In this document: piece after piece, positions 1 to 16,821 of the stretch
How the letters are laid out: each line of letters opens with the position of its first letter
How positions within the stretch are numbered: position 1 is the first letter of the stretch
DNA from: Vitrella brassicaformis CCMP3155
Taxonomy: Eukaryota; Protista; Chromerida
Length of the DNA: 64,000 nucleotides
NCBI GenBank assembly: GCA_001179505.1
Contig: CDMY01000398.1
Location: 1 to 64,000 of the forward strand
Direction: 5' to 3'
The notes under the pieces: model-generated
Databases searched by the model: none
Told to the model about the DNA's origin: nothing
The model's input: only the letters and a program-made list of their open reading frames with translations
Program-made: the position numbers and the translations under genes

Positions 1-414
1 GGATTGATTCCTCCTCCCCTTGAGCCTGTTTGACTCTGCGTGCTGATGGGACTGTATTTGTATGAGTATCACGGACACACAGACGAGTGTTACGGTTAAT
101 GACAGTTTCCCCCCCCTGTCATTGACACAACAGGCAGGCAGGCAGGCACGCACGATCAGCTGCCACACACTCACTCACACGCACTCTCCTTCCTTCCCGT
201 ACGTACGTACATAATAAGTACCGCCCCTACATTGTAGCTATACTACTCAATCAGTGGGCGGACATCGATTCGACTCACCACCCCACACGAAGCAGCCAAG
301 TATTCTTCGCCCGGATAGACAGACAACACATACGACATAGGAGGGAGGGGTGAAAGGGGGACGACTGTAGGAGACGTTCGTTGCGATGTCTCTGCTCATT
401 CGTTCTCCACTCAG

Positions 415-467
<53 letters not shown>

Positions 468-1268
468 TGGCCGCTCTTGGTGACACTCACTCACATGCGT
501 GCACCTGCCAAGCTCACACCACCCACCACAGATCCATCCATCCAAAACTTCACTTCACTTCGCTTCTTTCTTTTGTCCATCCATCCATCGATTCAAAACG
601 GCCAGCCACAGGCAGAGAGCAAGGCATGCAGGCAGCAAAAGACGGGAAATAAACCTTTCCGTCAACCGACACGCGGGCAGACAGACAGGCAGGGAGGGAG
701 ACAGCAAGGAGGGCACACTGACATCATCGCTGTGTGTGGATGAACGGCAAAGAAACGAATTATCCCATCACTCTCTCAAACGGCTCGCAACGGCAAAACT
801 CGGCAACCACCCACCTTACCCTTTAAAACGCCCCACCCCACCCCCCCTCCCTCCCAGCAAGGAAACCATCGAAAAAGTGTCTGCCCTCTGAGGTGTGTGT
901 GCATGCATGTGAAGAGCGGTGCGAGGGTGGAAGTGGATGGATGGGCGTAGGGTATGTGTGTGGTGTGGGCTGGGGTGCAGACGTACCGATAGGTAAAATG
1001 ACAGTCAGGCCAGAGCAGGTCGGTCACAGTGTGTGTATGTATGTGTGTTTACGATACGTACCTACCGATGTCAGGGTCAATGATCAAAAATAGGTCTCAC
1101 AGACGGACGTAGGTAGCGTAGCAAGCGGGTGGGTGTGTAGGTACTTAGACAAGATATAAACACCAGGAGAAAGCGAGAACGCCACGCCCGACAGTTCGTT
1201 GCACTTCATACCGCCACTGCTGATGAATGGAATGGTGGTACGGATGGTGCGGGTCAGATGGTGCGTGA

Positions 1269-1380
1269 ATGATCAAGAGCTTGAAGATGTCGCCAGAGGA
1301 CCAGGAGTTGTGGGCCGCAGCCGACTGCAAGGAGTGGGACTCATTCGCCAAGCACAACACGTACAAGTGGGTGCTGGAGA
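1269..1380 (+). mobile_element. Short Ty1/copia-like pol fragment (segment just upstream of the RT domain), degenerate
   Basis: Translation MIKSLKMSPEDQELWAAADCKEWDSFAKHNTYKWV fits the copia pattern W..A...E..S...N.T(W/Y).(L/W)V. An in-frame TGA lies immediately upstream, and no other pol domains or LTRs are visible. Confidence 0.5.
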
Positions 1381-1418
1381 ATGAATCCCACTTCTTGCGG
1401 TCGGCTGCGGCCCACAAC
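1307..1418. repeat. Long imperfect inverted repeat (fold-back hairpin, about 48-bp stem, 15-nt loop)
   Basis: Arm 1307-1355 (gttgtgggccgcagccgactgcaaggagtgggactcattcgccaagcac) is nearly the reverse complement of arm 1371-1418 (gtgctggagaatgaatcccacttcttgcggtcggctgcggcccacaac). The outer 40 bp have one mismatch and two G-T wobbles. Both strands therefore give similar peptides (LWAAAD.K.WDSF). Confidence 0.9.
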
Positions 1419-1670
1419 AAACAGGTCAGTCAGCCATCTGGCAAGCCGCTTACACACAGACTTACACACACATCCATACGCCATCACATCACGCGCTCGC
1501 ACTACCGCCCGCCGCCCGGGCCCCACCGACAAAAAGGTTGGCTGGCGCAAACAAAATACATCGCCTGCCAGCGTCGAGAGAGCTGGCTGGCAGTCGGCAA
1601 CGCAGCTGGCAAGAGACACGAACACCTTTCCCTCTGACCCCTCCCTCCCTAAGTGTGTGGGACGGTGGGC

Positions 1671-7549
<5,879 letters not shown>

Positions 7550-7856
7550 CTCGACGCTCTGCTCAATGACAATGAAAGCTGCTTCTCACTATCTCTCCCA
7601 CGCTGCGCTGCTACCCTCTCTTTGCTCCCGTTTCCTTGCCGTCGCAGGATGATGTCGCAGATCTGAGCGCGCAACTTTGCCCCGATCGCGCAAGAAATCT
7701 GACGATGGCTGCCGTGCGAAGGGTGTGCGGAGGGATGAGAGCAGCCCGATGAGGTAGAATTCGGAGCTTGCTGAAGATGGCACGTTCTCGGAGTCGCCCC
7801 GACATCCACTGGCAGGAGTCAGTGCAAGCGCCGCGTGAGTGAGTCCGTCATCTGGG

Positions 7857-10800
7857 ATGGCGTCATCAGCGTCCTCATCTCGAGCGGCGCCGCACCACGA
7901 GAAGGTCTTCATCGACGACCTCGCCCTGTCCGACCTCACCGACGCGCAGCAGCGGCAGCTGGCGAGCCTCGCGCCCCGCAAGGCATCCCAGCGGATCCAG
8001 CGCACCAACAGCAGGCACGCACATGAGCTGGTGCTCGAGCGGGTGGACGACCCTGCCGACGCTTCGCTCGTCGTCTGTGCGACCTTCCATCCCGGGGCAG
8101 AGGGCTTCCAGAACTATATCCAGTGGCGACAGCGGTGCCCCACAGCCAAGTTCTGCCGTGTTCAGTATCTCGCCCGACTCATCGACCACAAGAAATGGAT
8201 CCCGCCACCGCACTGGGCGGCTATTGGTGGTGGTGGTGCTGGTGATGTGTTGCCCAAGTACCACAGCCTCATCGACCTCATCCTGCCCACATCAGATGAC
8301 GACTCCGTGCGGCCATTCATCCTGGCGAGTGCGTCGGACGAGCGGACTCAGGCCAAGCACCTGGTGATGCTGCTGGGCGGGCGGCCGCTGATGGACACCG
8401 ACATGGATGCCGACGTGGGGAGTGCGACACACTTGGTGTGCAATAGCGTGATGATGCCGCCGGCTGCCGGGGCGGAGGTGTATGCGGGTGCGAGGGAGAG
8501 GGGGCTGCCCATCGTGAGCAGTGGGTGGCTGGAAGACATGGTCAAGAAGGAATGGTATATGTGTGAGCCAGAAGAAACAAACCACTTGGCGACATGGTCA
8601 TGTTCCCTTGTTTGATTGCTGTCGTTGAAACCGTGTGCAGCTATCTTCCTGACATTTCGCCGTATCGCCTGCCGCCGTTCAAGGGCCTGTCGATAGCCAT
8701 CCTCCCATCAGCCATCCGCAACCAACAGACCCGCCGCGAGTGCGAGAGGGCCATCACGGACAATGGCGGCCGCGTGCTGGACAAGCTGTCGCCCAACGAC
8801 CTGGCCAGCCGCGTATCGTGTGTGGTGGTGGACTGCACCGACAACCCCATTCTGGAGGCCCTCAGGCACCCGAGGCACTCGCATCTGCGAACGGTCGGTG
8901 TGCGGTGGGTGAAGGCCAGCGTGGAGGCCGGCTACCCCATGAGCTACGACGGTGAGGGCATGGGTGTGGCTGAGCCGGCGTGGAAGAGATACCAGGAGGA
9001 CGCCGAGGTCATGATACCCACAGACGACCAGGAATGCGGCACGTGGCTCATCAGTCAGTGAGTGCACGCCACACAAAACGCCACGGTGTTTCCTCTCACC
9101 GTTCTATGTGTCTGATGGATGGCACATGCACTCAGGTACGGTGGTGTGTCTGACTCACCTTCCGCCGGCGGTGCAGCACTACCACAAGATCCTGGTACAC
9201 AAGGGCGGCGGCATGCTCGCCTTCGGATACGACGACCCCGCCATCACACACGTCCTCGTCGACCCATCCCAGCCCTCCAACTCCCTCCCATCCACTCTCA
9301 CAGCAGGCTCCACCGGCCTCCTGCCGCCCTACTTCGTCACGCCCTCATGGCTGGACACCTCGAACGATCAAAAGCAGGCGGCAGACGTGGGGCTCTTCGC
9401 AGCCAAGGTGGATCGCGGCAGGAGCGTCCCGCAGCCGCCGGCGACGCCATCGCAGCCCCCCGCCCCATTCTTCATGCTGACGAATGGCAACGCCGGTGCG
9501 CCGCCGCCCGCGCCGGCGTTCCCCCAGAACCACCCAGCCCCTCCCCCCTCCCTGAGTCGACAACCGACAGACATGAATGACGGTGGCCAGCCTGACGCCC
9601 CCTTGGCCCCGCCCGCTCCCTTTCCGTTCCCCCCTCCCGTCCCGCCGTTGACCAACCCCAGCAACAACCACAACGCCAATCGCAACAGGAAGCGCAAGAA
9701 CGACACGCGCCAGAAGCCGCCCACGCGGGGATGGGGACAGCAGAATGACAGCAGGTACAAGAAGCTGGACGTCTTCTCACAGAGGAACACCGGCAACCAG
9801 CCGCAGCCACCACCACCACCACCTGGACCACCGCCACAACGATCGGCCGCTCCCCATCCGTCCCGTCGCCCCCCCGCCCTGCCGCCCCTCAACTTGAGGG
9901 TCAAGCAAGAGACCGGCCAGCCGGCAGCGGCAGCAGCGGCTGTCCCGCCGCCTGCTTTTGAGCCGATCGTTCATGTGAAGAGGGAGGACGAGAGCGAGAT
10001 GGGCCAGGAGGACGCATACAGCATGCACGCAGAGGCGGCGGCCGGCATGCAGGAGGGGTATGAGGGCTATGCGGACCAGGGAGGCATGGGAGAGGGGGCG
10101 GTTGAGGGTGAGGGTGAAATGGCCGCTGCCGATGGTGACGGTGGTGGTGTGGGTGAGGACGGCATGCCGTCAGGGGAGCGGGTGTGCACCAAGAAGATCG
10201 GCGGGCTGCTGCAGGGCAAGTGGCTCGCCTTCCTGGGATTCAGTGACGACAAGACGGAGAACCTCGCTAACTGCATAACAACAGCTGAACGGGTGAGCAC
10301 AGCACTGGATGGAACAGCAGCAGCCCAAGCAACCCCTAATCTCTCTCTCTTTGTCTGTGCGTGTGGTTGTGTCAGTTGGGGGCGTCGATGGTGTGGGGCG
10401 AGGCGGTGGCCCGTCGGGATCCGTCTGATATAGCCTACTACGTGCTGCGTCACGATCAGGGCTACCGCGCCATGGACCGCTACGGCATCCCCGAGATGCC
10501 CGAGAAGCAGGTGACCCTCCTGTTCCTCTACACGTGCTGGACCCACAGGCGACTGCTCGACCTCAACATCTCGCCCATCTTCAGCCCCAACCGCTACTTC
10601 ACCCCTGGGGGCGACAACGGCCCCCTGCGAGGCCTCCGCGTGTCGATATCGGGGTTCGGATGGCGGCCAGAGGGGGCCAGTATGGACCAGGTCCCCCTCA
10701 AGAAGGGCGACCGTGAGTTGGTGCGCATGATGGTGAAGGGCATGGGAGCGAAGGAGGTGGAGCTGAGCAGTGGCGGGGACAAGCCGTATGCCTTGGTGGT

Positions 10801-11257
10801 GGGCGACGAGCGGCCCAACCCCGCCAAGATGCTGTCGGCCAAGAGGAGGGACATTCTTGTGCTCAAGTATGAGTGGCTAGAGGAGTGCTGGACATATGTA
10901 AGCCTGCCTGCCATAGGGGACAACGGCGGGTGGGTCGCAGACACATGGGCTGTGTTTTTGTGTTCATGGTGTGGGCTGGGCTGGCAGGGTCGTTTGGTGG
11001 TGGGAATCGGCCGCACCCCTGGTCACTTGGGCGAGGTGGTGTGTGATGCCTGCGCGGAAGCCGAGGACGACACAAGTGAGGCGGACGACCCGAGCAGTGA
11101 CGATGAGGAGAGAGCAGTGACCAGGAGGGCGAGGGCAGCGACGGTGAGAAGGCATGTGTGTGTATCGCTGCCTACATTTTATATTTCATGGCGGTTGGAT
11201 TGGATTGCTGGTATGATGGGCTGGTTTATGCGGGGGCGAGAGAGACACGGCGTATGA
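7857..11257 (+). CDS. Multi-BRCT-domain protein (TopBP1/Dpb11/Rad4-like), about six BRCT repeats with a central Pro-rich region
   Basis: Repeated BRCT signatures: LVMLLGG...THLVC...PIVSSGWLEDM; PPFKGLSI...DNGG...VGVRWVKAS; HKGGG...THVLV...FVTPSWLDTS; LLQGKWLAFLGF; PLRGLRVSISGF...LKYEWLEECW. Exons join in frame (e.g. KEC|YLPD). The 3' end is uncertain. Confidence 0.8.
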
Positions 11258-11715
11258 TAGTGCAACCTTGCCTTCGGCTGGTGGAAAAAATTGATGAATC
11301 AATTCGTCCGTCTGTCCCGCGTAGCACCAAGACGCTCACCATTCTCACACGTACACACACAGACACAGACAGACAGACAGACAGAGGAACAACGAAAGTC
11401 ACATCAGCGGAGTGAGAGAGGATGGGTGGGTGGGTGGATGGATGGATGCCTTCCATGAATCGGTCGTCTACTCACTCACTCGCTCGCCTGTCCTTTGTGT
11501 GTATGTATGGAGTCGACGACGTGTCGTCGACATAATGCTCCCATACCCAGGCGCATGCACGCACACAGACACACAGACACACAGACACAGACACACCACT
11601 GGCCGATTGTGTGTGGGTGTGGGTGCATGCGCTTCGTTATCCAAAGAACCCGATTATACACCCTCCCTCACCACCCTCGCCACGCAGAAACGAAACTCGA
11701 GACACGACCAGCCAG

Positions 11716-13333
11716 CTAGGCCACGTTCTCCTCTGCCTCTGGCTGCTCGGCCTCATTGTCCGTCTCGCCATCACCATGCTCCCCCTCTCCCTGCTGCTGC
11801 TGCTGCTGCTGGCCGTGCCCGTGCACACCCAAGGGCAGGACACTGGCGAGTATCTCCTGGATGAATGCCTGGATGGCCCTCTCCACGTCAGACAGGTGGA
11901 AGAGCAGGTACACCCCGTCCTTGCTGCTCACGGCCTCCTCCAGCAGCGTGTCGATGGACTCGATCACGTCCTCAGCGTCGGAAGAGCCGTCAGCGTCGGT
12001 GCCTTCTGCTGCTGCCTCGTCTCCTGTTGCCGCCGCCGCTGCTGCCGCTGCTGGTGCTTGTGGTGGTGGTGGTGCGGTCGTTGGCTCAGGCTTCGTGAGG
12101 TTCTTGCGCAGCTGCTCGAGTGTCTTTGGGGCATCGAAGCGGAAGAGCTTGAGCGCCCTGTCGGGCGTCTCCGCCACGGGCTGCCCCGCTGTCTTGCAGG
12201 CCCTCATGAGGCGGTCTGTCGCCCTGGAGAGGCAGCGGCTGGCCTTGAGCTCGGTCTGCGTGACCGTCACCAGTGGGAGCCCTTTCTCCTCCTCGTCGAA
12301 GAAGGCCTCGATGGCCTCCCACGCCTGCTCCGACCGGCCATAGAGATACGACAGCTTCCTCGCGAAGCACATCCTTCGGTACCTACATGGTTGAGTCATG
12401 AACACACACACACACAGAAGGGGTGAATGGATGAGCTGTCTGTCGATGGTGTGCTGTGCAGGGGCTTGTCTGTTACAGTGTTGCGGTTCTGGGTTTCTCC
12501 TTTTCCGGCTGCACGTCAAGAATGTCGAGCTCCTCCGACCTCCAAAAGCAATACTCATTGGAGGTGAGCATGTGAGCGTACGGGTGCAGCATCTTGCACG
12601 TCTCGGAGAGGCAGAGCATTGACGGCGTGTCGAGGAGGGGCAGGATGGCCGTCAGCGTGTCGCCGTACAGTGGGGTGTCGCCGAGCGACTTGTTGGGGGT
12701 CCGATGGTCCCGCAGCTTGCAGCTCACGTGAGCCTCGAACCTGCAGCACACACACGCAGATCCATCGGGGGAACGACACTTGGACAATTATCAACTACAG
12801 GGTGCGTGTGGGTGGCTGTGGGTGCGGTGCGCACCTGTTGAGTCCCCTGTATGTGATCCTGGCCTGTGGCAGCGGCGTGCGCAGCACCAGCCGACCGTCA
12901 ACGACGGCAGCTGACATGTCGAAGGCGTGGCTGAAGATCACCCACTCGGGTAGCGCGTCAGGCTGCTCCTTGAGCACGGACAGCACATCCACCGTGGGGC
13001 CGTTGTCCCACTCAGGGATGTCCTCCTCCTCGTCCTCCTCGTCGTCATCATCCGCTGATCCAGCCTGCAGGGTGGCATTCTCGACGAGCGACCTCACCCA
13101 AACGCTCTCGATGCTCTCGACACTATCGGGATCTCTGCACACAGACGCGTACACATCAACACAGCAGCCGTCCGTTGTTTGTGCGTACGGGGGCTTCCGT
13201 GAGTATGATTGTGTGAGCGTGAGTGTTGGCTCACTCACTCGAGCAGGTGCTCTATGAGCGCCTCCTCCAGGCCTTTCGGTGCGGTGCTGGCCTTGAGCAC
13301 CTGCACCAGCTGGAGGGGATAGGTGAAGCTCAT
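11716..13333 (-). CDS. Hypothetical protein with an internal F-box-like motif, 4 exons
   Basis: Exons splice in frame: MSFTYPLQ...EHLLE|DPDSVES...|FEAHVSCK...PRTATL|YRRMCFARK...EENVA*. The segment PLYGDTLTAILPLLDTPSMLCLSETCKMLH resembles the F-box consensus. Acidic and Ala/Gln-rich tracts are present. Confidence 0.6.
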
Positions 13334-13602
13334 GGACTCACTGGCGACCGATGTTGGTGCGGCAAGCACACAGCCAACCGCCTGAATCACACAGCAACCA
13401 CCACGAATGATGCACATCTGCGTGTTTCCGCGTGGGGTCGTGTCAGCGTCCGTACCGATCAGAATGCGCCTTTCAAAGGGCGGTGCCTGCTTCCCATTCT
13501 CAAAGAAAACCCGAGAAGACTCTGCGCAGGCTTAGCTCGCAGATCTTTCGTAGCTCGCCTTGACCGTTCGTTCCTACATAAGGGGACAGCGGCCTCAGCA
13601 GC

Positions 13603-13925
13603 ATGGAATTGCAAGTGAGCAAAGAGAAAACAAGGAGGAAAAGAAGTGAAGTGATCTGCGTGTGTTTGTCGGTCAGGTGACATGGATAGTGGCGGCGCTG
13701 ATTGCGGTTGCCCTGCTGGTCATTGCGGTGATGGCAACAGCCACCAAGGGAGCGGCCAAGGCCAAGGACAAATCATCCTCTGGGCAGAGAAAGGCTAAAG
13801 CAGGGTCAGTCAGCGGAGTGGCTGGACGGGTGTGGTGTGCTGTGTGGGCACCATGAGCTGGTTTGTGTCTGTGCGTTGGATGCATCAGGCCGCCCAGCTT
13901 CTCCCGGCGGAACAAATTCGATTGA
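13603..13925 (+). CDS. 58-aa single-pass membrane microprotein, 3 exons
   Basis: Exons 13603-13614, 13677-13804 and 13889-13925 with GTGAGC..CAG and GTCAGT..CAG introns give MELQVTWIVAALIAVALLVIAVMATATKGAAKAKDKSSSGQRKAKAGPPSFSRRNKFD*. Confidence 0.7.
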
Positions 13926-14677
13926 CGCAGGCATTGGGCTGGCTACCGACGAAGGTGTCTGACCGGCAAGCGGCAATGTGTTCATGTGGCTGCTTTCTGT
14001 CTAATCCCATCCCATCCCGCCCCCTCTCCGCTTCCCTTCCCCTTCCCCTGTGTGCATAGCTAAGACGAGATGAGTGCGTGAGTGCCCCTCCCTCCCTCCC
14101 TCCCTCCGTGTCCGTCCCTTTATGAGTCAATCAATTACTGAATGGTGACCCCTGACTGACTGACTGATTCATTGATCCATGTGACTGTCAAACCGTTATG
14201 TGTGCCCTTGGATGGGCTGAATGGCGAGATGCAATTGGACTGACACGTTCATACGTAGCGAGTAAGTGAATGGCGCCTGGCACGTGGCGTCAACCAATCG
14301 GGTCTACAGACCACACACAAACACATGGCCAGCCAGCCAGCCAGCCATCACTGCACTGCCGGCCTACCTACTCCTCTATAGTGTCCTAGCTACCTCGCCG
14401 CGCTGCCTGTCGACAGCAGACAGGCACTCGATCAATGAGTCAATCAATCAGTGAGTGGATAAATGCAATCAATGCACGGACGGACGGACGCTTAAATGAC
14501 TCCCTCTCTCTCTCACACGCATCCCCTCCATGTGCATCCATCGCATACATCGAATCGATCTGCCTTTAAAGACCACCACAAACCAAACCACCCACCATCC
14601 ATGCCATCCATGTACACGCAACACGACACACCACACCCTGCCTGCCTGCCCGCATGGCATGGCATGGATCTGCTCGC

Positions 14678-16557
14678 TCATGATTTGCCGGTCTGCATTG
14701 GTATTCTCTTGAGCTTCTTGTCCTGGAAGTCCCGCACAAACTGCCGCACGCTCGAAGCGTCCACGGGCTGAGTCGCCACGTAATAGGCCTCGTCTGGGAT
14801 GTCCAGGATGATCATGTTGGGGGCCTCCTTGCTGGCCGCTGCATCTGCAGCAGATGCCTTGCCGGCACGGTCCAACACCACCTCCAGCTTGCACAGATTG
14901 CGGAGGGCAACCGACCTGGCAGACAATAAATATTGCACAGCACGCCCAGATGATGTGTATCTGAGTTTGGTACGTGGCGCTGCTCGGTGGGTCGAGTACC
15001 TCGGGCTGACATTGGTGGCAGTGAATATGGCCACTTGCTGCTCCTTCGGCAGTGCCTCCTGCTCCTTCGCAAGAGCCTCGAGGGACGACTCCAGCTGCAA
15101 CACACACACGTCCAGCCCAGCCCAATCATATCACGGACCGATGAATCGATGACTGACTGCACAATCCTCCCTGCCTGGCTGTTTGTTCGCGTGTGTATCC
15201 GTCACTCGATCACCTCTCGTTGCTTCTTGGGTTCTGACGCCTCCATGAAGACGACGAGCGACGGGTAGTCGGTCATCTTCTCGGTGTTTTCTGCCAGGTC
15301 TGTGACAGGTTTGGGCCGCCAGGGGAACTTCTTGCCCTGTGGGTCGCTGGCCAGCAGTGCCCTGCCCTGTTTGGTGATGATCTGCCGGTTCTCGTCCAGC
15401 AGCACCAGTGTGGGCAGCGAGGCCACCTCTAGCTCGCTCTGCAGCAGCGAGCGGCGCTTCGAGTCGCCGTATGGGATGGCCAGCCACGGCATGGAGCTGC
15501 CGAAGTACTCGTAGAACTTGCTGGCGTCCTCGTCATTCGACACGAAGATGACCTCGAAGTCCTTGCCCTCCTCCTTGAACCGCTTGTAGGCCTCGGCCAG
15601 GACGGGCGTGAACTGCTTGCAGGGCGGGCACCAGTTGGCTGAGAAGTAGAGCCCCACCACCTTGCCGCTGAGTTGGTTGGCCGACACCGTCCTGTTGCTT
15701 GGGTCGATGAAGTCGGTTCCCACAAGCTGGGAGAGCGGCTTGGGCTCCCATGGGAAGCCCTCAGGGTCCATGAGCATGGCGTTGTAGCCCCGCTTGTTGA
15801 TGACCTGTCCGGCCTCGTCGATGAGTACCACCGATGGCATCTGCCGCAGCCGGAACTTCTGCATGAGCTTCTTGGGCGTCACCCGGTCGTCGAAGGGCAG
15901 GGCGTACCATGGCATGGAGGCGAAGTGCTCCCGGCGGGCGGTGCGGTCGCTGTCCATGGGGACATAGACCACCTCGAACTCCCGCCCCTGCTCCTGGCAC
16001 TGACGGTAGATGCGCTGCAGACGCGGACGGAACACCGCGTAGTTGCCGCTCGCCAGCAGGTCCTCCAGACCTTTCCCGTCGAAGTAAAGGGCCACCACCT
16101 TGTTGCTCAGCACATCGCCCGCCGCAACCTTCTTGATGCGCGGCATCCGACCACCTTCAGCTCGCCCCTCCCCTCCCTTGTCGTTCTTGTACAGCACGTG
16201 CCCGAGCAGATCTGTCACTGGGGTCGCCGGCCGCTCGAACTGCTTCATTGCGCGATACCTCAGCCACCTTCTCAGCCGCCGCACGCCATAGGTGCCCGCC
16301 ACGATGACGGTGCCGCCGCCCACCACCTTTGCCGCGTCAGAGGTAAGCACGTCGCTGAGTGCGTCACGGACGGACCACTTTTCCTCCTCATCTCGCTGCT
16401 GTCTGCGGGGAGCGCGGGATGATTTGCCGATGCCGCGCTTCGGCACGTCGCTGCCGTTGACTCGCGCGCATGACACGATGTCCAGAGTGAGAACAGCAAT
16501 CACCAACACCTTCAGCCATTCCACCCATCTCAGGGGCACCCACCGTCTGTTGTCCAT
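14678..16557 (-). CDS. Nucleoredoxin/tryparedoxin-like protein with three thioredoxin-fold units and an N-terminal hydrophobic leader
   Basis: GKVVGLYFSANWCPPCKQFTPVL...FEVIFVS...MPWLAIPY...FPW motifs. A preceding paralogous domain lacks the CxxC. The C-terminal PDI-b'-like domain is completed by two further exons ending QTGKS*. Confidence 0.88.
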
Positions 16558-16821
16558 GAGTAGATCTGGCGCTCTGGAGAGATTCTCCGGAGATTGCGAG
16601 CTGGACCTTTGCGTTACACGGAACTATACTCGTCGCAGTATCCACCTTATTTGCGCGCACACATGTAGACAGACACAGAGACACAACCACAAGCCAGCAA
16701 ACGATCAGTTCAGAAGCCGCGCCGTCATCGTCCATCCATCCATCCATCCAAAAAGACAAAGAAAAATGCCCTTGGACGGTCGATCGATCATGCATTCCAT
16801 CGCCGCTATATAGCCTTCGCG

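Noticed and set aside
247-1100. Several 60-130 aa ORFs rich in HTHT, CVCV, SLSL or ERER
   Set aside because: They are translations of (CA)n/(GA)n microsatellites. No coherent splice path or protein motif was found. The same applies to most short ORFs across the window.
1145-1420. Apparent sense/antisense coding of similar peptides on both strands
   Set aside because: Fully explained by the inverted repeat; not evidence of dual coding.
15673-16422. 249-aa plus-strand ORF and similar long antisense ORFs (e.g. 2293-3006, 11611-12426, 49552-50631)
   Set aside because: Shadow ORFs opposite GC3-rich real exons, with no independent motifs.
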